DNA from: the human T2T-CHM13v2.0 reference genome, Homo sapiens
NCBI RefSeq assembly: GCF_009914755.1
Contig: NC_060938.1
Length of the DNA stretch: 64,000 bases
Direction: 5' to 3' (one strand)
A program made the translations under genes and the position numbers. The notes beneath the pieces are model-generated. The model did not search any database and was not told the origin of the DNA. It saw only the letters and a program-made list of their open reading frames with translations. Shown piece after piece: positions 56,338-64,000 of this stretch (positions are counted from its first letter, which is position 1; every line of letters begins with the position of its first letter).

Positions 56338-59300
56338 ATGGTTTCTCATGGTGTTTTTGATTTGCATGTCTCTAATGATTAGTGATGTTGAGCATCGTTT
56401 TATGGGCTTATTAGCCATTTATATTTATTTGTTTCCTCACCAACCTTTGTTTTTCTGCTTTGTTTTCTTTTATAGAGCCATCCTAATAAGTGTGAGATGG
56501 TTCCTCATGATGTTTTTGATTTGCATATCTCTAATGATTAGTAATCGTCATGTACATGATTCAACGTATATGATTAGATTACATAAGACTGTAGTGCCCA
56601 ATCTCATTCTTTTGCATGTGGATATCCAGTTTCCCAACACTGATTGCTGAAAAGACTATTCTTTCCCCATTAAATAGTCTTAGCACTTTTGTCAAAAATT
56701 ATTTGAACATATATGCAAGGGTTTATTTCTGGGCTGCTTATTCTGTTCCATTGGTTTACATGTCTGTCATTATACCAATACCGCATTGTTTCGACTCCTA
56801 TAGCTTTGCAACTTTGAAATTAAAAAAATGTGAGACCTCCAGCTTTGTTTTTCAAGATTGTTTTGGCTATTTGGCATCTCTTGATATCCCATACCAAATT
56901 GGAAAGAATTTTTCTATTTCTTACAAATAACTATTGGGATTTTTGATTAGAATTTAAAAAATCTAGATCACTTAGGGTAGTACTGATCTCATAAAAATAT
57001 TACGCCCTCCAATTCATGAGCAAAGGCTATCTTCCCACTTGTATTTTCTTTAGTTTCTTTCAGCTACATTTTGTAGATTTCCTAGGTTAAGTTTATTCTA
57101 AGTATTCTTTTTGATGGTATTACAAATGGAATTGTTTTCTTAATTGCCTTTTTGGATTGTTTGTGTATAGAAATCAACTGAATTTTGTGTGTTGATACTC
57201 TATCCTGCAACTTTGCTGAATTCATTTATTAGTTCTGATAGGGTTTTTAATGGAATCTTTTGGGTTTTCTACATACATGATCATGTCATCTATAAATGGA
57301 GATAATTTTACTTCAACCTTTCCAATTTGGGTGCCACTTATTTATTTATGCCTATTTGCTCTATCTAGGATTTTCACACTGTGTGAAAAGCAGACATCCT
57401 TGTCTTGTTAATCTTAAGGAAAATGTTTTCAGTATTTTACCATTGAGCATGATATTAGCTGTTTTTTAATATATGGCCTTCTTATGTTTAGCTGGTTTCT
57501 TTCTATTCATTAGTTTCCTTTGTATATGATAGTTTCCTTCTTTTTCTAAATGTTTAGTTTTTTTTTTTATCATGAAAGAGTGTTGAATTTTGTGAAATGC
57601 TTTTTCTGCATCAATAAAGATGATCATATGGGTTTTTCTTCATTTTGCTAATGTGGTATATTGTAGTGATTGATTTTCAGATATTTGATTATCCTTGCAT
57701 TTCAGGAATAATCTCAATTGGTCAAGTCATACAATTCTTTTGGTATGCTGTTGAATTCTCTTTGCTAGTATTTTATTGAGGTCTTTTGCACCAGTATTGT
57801 GAAGCAAGTAACATCTGTTGCCTATCACCCTAAGTAGCAGTTCTAGGACATCAAACTCCTGGATGGTTTGCATTTGTCTTCCAACTTGCAAGAAAGTTGC
57901 CAAGAAAGGCACAACTTACACAGGCATTGGATGGAACAATGCTTTACTTACATAAAGAAGGGGCAGAAAAACATCAGCTTAAATTGTGAGCAAGGGTCCT
58001 TCATGGCCAACAGATTTTGCCTCACAGCTGATGCAAGGAAACTGTCTACTGCAAGTGAAGAACCTTGACCCCCTTCCCCATGGGGTCTGAAATATAAAAA
58101 AAGAGGGGTGAGGCTGAGCTCCACTGACACACACGTTTAAGCAGAACAAAGGAGTATACACTAATCCTGCAACAGGGAAAGATATTCCCAAACACCCAAA
58201 CAGATACGCCCAGCACAAGCTGTGAGGGCTCCTTATTTCCCTGTAAGGAAATGTTCCAGGCTCACAGCCAGTCTTATGTGGCTATGCAGAGGGCAATAAT
58301 CTGTGCATGACTGCCTTTCCCCACAAGTATCCACCAGGGATACTGGTCTGTAGTTTCCTTTTCTTGTAATGTCTTTATATCAGGGTAATGCTGGCCTCAC
58401 AGAATACATTTGCAAGTGTTCTGTCCTCTTCAATTTTTTGGAAGAATTTGAGGATCATTGGTGTTAAGTCTTCTTTACACTGTGTTTGATAGATTAACCA
58501 GTGAAGCCACCTGGGTTTAGGGTTTTCTTTGTTGAGAGGTGTTTGATTACTGATTTAATCTCCATACTAGTTATAGGTCTGTTCATATTTTCTTTAATGA
58601 TTCAGTCTTGGTAGGTAGTGTTTTTCTCAGAATTTATCCATTTTATCTAAGTTATCAAGTTTGTTGGCATACCATGTTCTTAGTACTTTCTTATAATCTA
58701 TTTTATTTCTGTTAAGTTGGTTGTGGTGTCCCCTTGTTCTTTTCTAATTTCGTTATTTGACTCTTTCTTTTTTTGTTAGTCAATGTAGCTAAAGACTTGT
58801 CAATTTTGTCAGTCTTTTGAAGAACCAGCTTTTAGTTTTGTCGATTTACCTATCTTTCTGTTATCTGTTTTGTTTCTCTGCCTTAAACTTTATCGTTTTT
58901 TTCCTTTTGCCAGTTTTGAGTTTAGTTTGTTCTTTCTCTAGCTGCTTAAGGTATACATTTAGGTTGTCAATCTAAGATATTTTTAATGCAAGCATTTATA
59001 GCTATAAATTTCCCTCTTAGCACTACTTTCGCTGCATCTCATAAGTTTTAGTATGTTATGTTTTCATTTTTGTCTCAATATATTTTCTAATTTCTGTTGT
59101 GATTTCTTGACATGTTGGTGGCTTAAGAGTGTGTTAATTAATTTCCACATATTTTTAGGTTTTCCATTTTTCCTTCTTGCTATAATTTTTAGTTTTATCC
59201 CATTGTGATTGGAAAATATATTTTGTATTATTTCAATATTTTAAAATTCATTAAGACTTGACTTGTGACCCAAAATATAGTCAGTCCTGGAGAATGTTAG

Positions 59301-60560
59301 ATGTGTATTTGAGAAAAAATGTGTATTTGGCTGTTGGGTGGAGTGTTCTGTATATATTTCTTAGGCCCAATTAGTCTAGTGTTTTTCAATTCCTCAATTT
59401 CCTTATTGATTTTCTCTCTGGTTCTTCTATTCATTATTGAAAATTGGTCATTGACATCTCCTACTATAATTATAGGAACACTTGTTTCTTTAATTCTGTC
59501 AGTGTTTGCTTCATGCAGTTAGGAGCTCTTATGTTTGGTGCATATATGTTCATAACCATTAAATCTTCTAGTAAACTGACCCTTTTATTATTATATACTG
59601 TCCTTTCTTGTCCCTCTTCGCAGTTTTTATTCTATTTTGTCTGATAGTAGTATAGCCACTTCTATTTTAGTTACTATTTACATGAAATATCTTGTTATCC
59701 TTTCACTTTCAATCTATGCATGTCCTCAAATCTAAAGTGAGTCTCTTTTAGAAAACAAATAATTGGACTGTTTTTTCAATCCATTCTGCCAATCTAATAT
59801 CTTTGAGAAGTTAATCCATTTACATTTAAAATACTGATAGGAGAGAGCTTTCTGTTGTCATTTTGTTGTTTTCTGTATATTTTACATTTTTACACCTTAT
59901 TTCCATCCTTATTGATTTCCTTTGTGTTTAGTTGATTTTTTGTAGCGACCAGAGACAAATTATACCATAAACACATTATGCTTTATTGAGAAATCTCTGC
60001 CTGTAGTCTCTTGCCCCAAGTGAGTCTATAGATAATATTAAATAATCTAATGTATAATTTAAAATATTTCCTTTATTTTATGGTCTAATTAGCAGAAAAT
60101 TTAAGACATTTTGACTCCCTTCTCATTTTCTTTTGAGTACTCATTTCCTTTTGAGAATATTCTATAGATATTTTCTTTGATGTTTAATCATGGATTATTA
60201 TATACAATATCCTGATGTCATAACAATCTATTTTAAACTGATACCAACTTAATGGTTGTAAACAAAAGCTGTACTCTTTTACAGCTCTACTCCACTTTTG
60301 TTATTGATGTTACAAATTACAATTTTATATATCGTATACCTATTAACAGATATTTATAATTATTTTTTATTCTCTTGTCTTCTCTGGTCTTTTCTGGGCA
60401 TGTATCTTCCCTGAGCCTGTGCATGTGCTTTTTTCTTAATCCCTTCCTATATACACAGCTGTTTTTAAATGTCTTAATTTCCCTATGAGTTTCACCCCTG
60501 CATTTTCTCAAGGACTTATATTTCCTACTGTATTTCTCTGCCTATAGTCTTTTGTTCCAG
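56338..60560 (-). mobile_element. Antisense L1MB/MC-type element (decayed ORF2, inter-ORF, 5' remnant)
   Basis: TTTTGCATGTGGATATCCAGTTTCCCAACAC, CCTGCAACTTTGCTGAATTCATTTATTAGTTCT, CAGGGTAATGCTGGCCTCA, GCTATAAATTTCCCTCTTAGCAC. Confidence 0.85.
57798..58325 (-). mobile_element. ERVL-class solo LTR (LTR53/MER70-like; family uncertain) inserted in L1 ORF2
   Basis: TG...CA termini, perfect 5-bp TSD AGTAT at 57793-57797 and 58326-58330, L1 continuous across the site. Confidence 0.8.
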
Positions 60561-60866
60561 GTAAATTTGCAGATAATATTGAAAACTTTAATGTCTGATA
60601 ATTTAAATTTTTTATTTTATGCCATAATTAGCACAGCACAGTCAAATCGCATTATATGATAAATTGCCATTTATTTATTATATAATTTGTTTCTTGTCAC
60701 TTCTCTTTGACTTCAAAGTCCATGTTGTTTCCGTTACATGGAAGATTGAGGGAAACATTTTAGGAAGTGTCAGAGCAACAAGCTAGAAGCCTGGGAGCTG
60801 TGTCATGTCATCCTGGTCTATACAGTTGATGCTATCATGTAGGACAGATAATCTTTTGTATTATTG

Positions 60867-61245
60867 TGTGTTAGGCCATTCTTGCATTGCTATAAGGAAA
60901 TACCTGAGACTGGGTAATTTATAAGAAAAGAGGTTTAATTGGCTCACAGTTCTGCAGGCTGTACAGGAAGTATGGCAGCATCCGCTTCTGAGGAGGCTTC
61001 AGGGAGCTTTAATTCATGGCAGAAGGCAAAGCGGGAGCAGGATGTCACATGTCAAAAGCAGGAGCAAGAGGTGTGGGGAGGGACTATATGCTTTTAAATG
61101 ACCAGATCTCACAAGAACTCACTCACTACTATGAGGACAGTACCAAGGGGATGGTACTAAATTATTCATGAGAAACCACCTCCATGGTCCAATCACCTCC
61201 CACCAGGAGACTTGGATGGGGACACAGATCCACAGGACCATATCA
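60867..61245 (-). mobile_element. MSTA solo LTR with internal deletion
   Basis: TTAGGCCATTCTTGCATTGCTATAAGGAAATACC..GGCTGTACAGGAAG..CCATATCA; TSD TATTG/TATCA. Confidence 0.88.
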
Positions 61246-61829
61246 TATCACAAAGTTAATTTCTTAACTGGCTTGCACAGGTAAAGTTTCTTCTTACACT
61301 TTGCAAATATTTATTTATATAAGTTGTTCCCTTTGCTTATTAAAATTTCCAGCTCTTGTAAATCTTACCAGCTCTGTGACATTTTTGTTAGAAGGATATG
61401 CCATCCCATAATCGATCACCATGAATAAATTCAGTAATAGTTTAAAAACCAAGAATGAATGTCATCAAAAATTTCCAATTTTAGTGAATTCTTAAATGAT
61501 AGAAAGTATTTTTAAAGCCCAGAATCAACAGACACATCAGGCAAGAAGATGCTCTGGGGCAAGCTTCAAAGGGACAATTGTTAATCTACAGTCTCATCAT
61601 GTAGGTCAGAAGTTCCTCCCTCCCTACATCCCTTCTTCCCCTCTCCCTTATCCTTTTTTCCGTCCTTGCCTTCACTTAGATGAGTAGCAGTTCTTAGTGG
61701 TTCTTGTCCACAGACTCTGATAGTAACTGTGAGCACTAGAGACAGAAAATTAGAAAGATTCCAAGAGAGCCAAGGACTCCAGATCAGCAGAATAGACAGC
61801 ACTGCAGAGAGGACCAAAGAGCTAGAATG

Positions 61830-62136
61830 AAGTATATCAAGTGTGATCTACAGAGCACCTGCACCAAATTTACCTGGAGTGCTTCTTAAAAATGCAGATT
61901 TCTGGAGCCTATAGTAGATACACTGTATCAAAATCTGTAGCAGTCTCATTTCCAGGAATCTGGATGTTTAACAAACTTCACAGGTGAATGTTGTGACTCA
62001 AGTGTGGTCTTCACATTAGCAGCATTGACATCACCTGGGGCTTGTGAGAAATGCATAATCTCAGGCAGACCCCAAACTTACTCAATCTTAGGATTCCCAG
62101 GTGACTTGTATACACATTAGCAGTTGAGGATCACTG
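61830..62136. mobile_element. MER5B + MER5A hAT-Charlie relics
   Basis: TTAAAAATGCAGATTTCTGG, AGCAGCATTGACATCACCTGGG..GAAATGCATAATCTCAGG, CCCAGGTGACTTGTATACACATT. Confidence 0.7.
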
Positions 62137-62394
62137 ATTTTCCAATCCATTGCGGCAGCAGAAGTCTTCAGATTGTGAATTTCAACAGTATTAATGGAGC
62201 AATTGAAATAGCAGCCACCCAAAAAGTGGCTTGCTGTTGTACTGATCAGATCTTCCAGTGACTTCTCTCCTTGAAAGGATTTGAAAGCAGAACTAGTTCC
62301 TTTGGATTGAGCAAATCCTAGGATTCGATGGAATAATTTGGGGGCAGAAAAGGGGAAAACCCCAAGGACTTCTTAGTAATCATAAATTCTTTTA

Positions 62395-62794
62395 CAGGCT
62401 AGGACTAGTGTCTTACTCATCATGAGCACAAAATTTAGGGGGGGCATCAAAAGCCTCAGTAATCAAGATACATCATGTTTTAGTGAAATGTTTTTAAAAT
62501 TTAAAAACCTATGCAAAAATATCCAGGATGAACAAAATATCAAAATTTTATATAAAAACTGGATCAGCATGACAGATTTTTCCTATTGTTTCAGACTTCA
62601 GTATGGCTTGGAATAGCACTGTTACTAATCCTGTATTTAAAATTTGGATACTTTATTCATAATAAATTTGTTTGTATTAATTTATTAGATATTGCATTGA
62701 AATAGTATGTATCTTAATTACTGAGCTATTTGGTACATGCCTCCTTAAATTTTACGCCCAAGGTGAGTGCCTCATCCTCTCATCCTAGTCCTGG
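62395..62794. mobile_element. MER96B-like hAT element
   Basis: Inverted ends AGGACTAG..CAAAATTTAGGGGGGGCA and CCTTAAATTTTACGCCCAAGGTGAGTGCCTCA..CTAGTCCT. Confidence 0.72.
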
Positions 62795-62949
62795 ATCTCC
62801 TCTCTCACCAGTGTGTACAAGACACTAATGCACACAATCATGTGCTGTACTTTAACTTGACCCAGATTTATAGACAGATAAGATTCTCCCAGGCATTTCC
62901 AGCTCACTTAACTAAGTTCACTTTTCTTTGACTTTGGATTGAGACAAAG

Positions 62950-63185
62950 CACAGTATAGTAGCTAATTCAGGCTCTGGAAGCTGATTGTCTTGATTCCAG
63001 GTATGGCTCTACTACTTAGAGAGGGTGACCTTGGGCAAGGTATTTAACCTCTCCAGGTCACTGTTTGCTCACCTATAAAATAAGTAAAATAACAATACCT
63101 CAGAGAATTGGTGTGAAGTAACATACAAAGTGTTTATTACAGTTCCTGACATATATTAATCATAAAGTATTATCTCTATTATAAT
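62950..63185 (+). mobile_element. MIR
   Basis: GGCTCTGGAAGC..GTGACCTTGGGCAAGGTATTTAACCTCTC..CACCTATAAAAT. Confidence 0.78.
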
Positions 63186-63192
63186 TACTGTT

Positions 63193-63587
63193 TAATATGG
63201 TTTGGCTCTGTGTCCCCACCCAAATCTCATGTCGAATTATAATCCCCAGTGTTGGAGGAGGGGCCTGGTTGGAGGTGATTGGATCAGGGGAATGGCTTAT
63301 AATGGTTTAGCATAATCTTCCTAGTGCTGTCTTATGATAGAGTTCTCCTGAGATCTGCTTGTTTAAAAGTGTGTAGCATCTCCTTCCTCTTTCTCTTTCT
63401 CTCCTGCTGGCCATGTGAAGATATACCTGTTTCCCTTCACCTGCCACCATGATTGTAAGTTTTCTGAAGCCTCCCCGGAAGCAGAAGCCTGTACAACCTG
63501 CAGAAACATGAGCTGATTACACTTTTTTTAAATGAATTACTCAGTCTCAGGCATGTCTTTGCAGCAGTGTGAGAATGGACTAATATA
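63193..63587 (+). mobile_element. MSTA solo LTR
   Basis: TAATATGGTTTGGCTCTGTGTCCCCACCCAAATCTC...GGACTAATATA; perfect TSD CTGTT. Confidence 0.9.
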
Positions 63588-63618
63588 CTGTTTTTGTTAT
63601 TATCCTGGATCCTGATGA

Positions 63619-63999
<381 letters not shown>

Positions 64000-64000
64000 A

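Overview
AT-rich primate (human-like) non-coding DNA, intergenic or deep intronic, made up mostly of interspersed repeats. It contains about 14 Alus (J, S and Y types), many old L1M and L1P fragments, L2/MIR/CR1 relics, hAT and mariner MITEs, and many ERVL/MaLR elements. These include a TSD-flanked full MSTA provirus (8856-11217) and a two-LTR HERV16/LTR16 remnant carrying nested THE1D and MLT2B LTRs. I can support no protein-coding gene, RNA gene, CpG island or CRISPR-like array; the listed ORFs are repeat-derived or chance. I see no convincing new biological system. The most unusual signals are structural: three short local sequence echoes copied into or out of old L1s, a 32-nt TSD-flanked micro-insertion, a tandem Alu pair with a triplicated target site, a tailless Alu, and three Hsmar1/MADE1 TIRs within about 720 bp. 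Subfamily names come from recalled consensus sequences, not a database search. Boundaries without a stated TSD are approximate.
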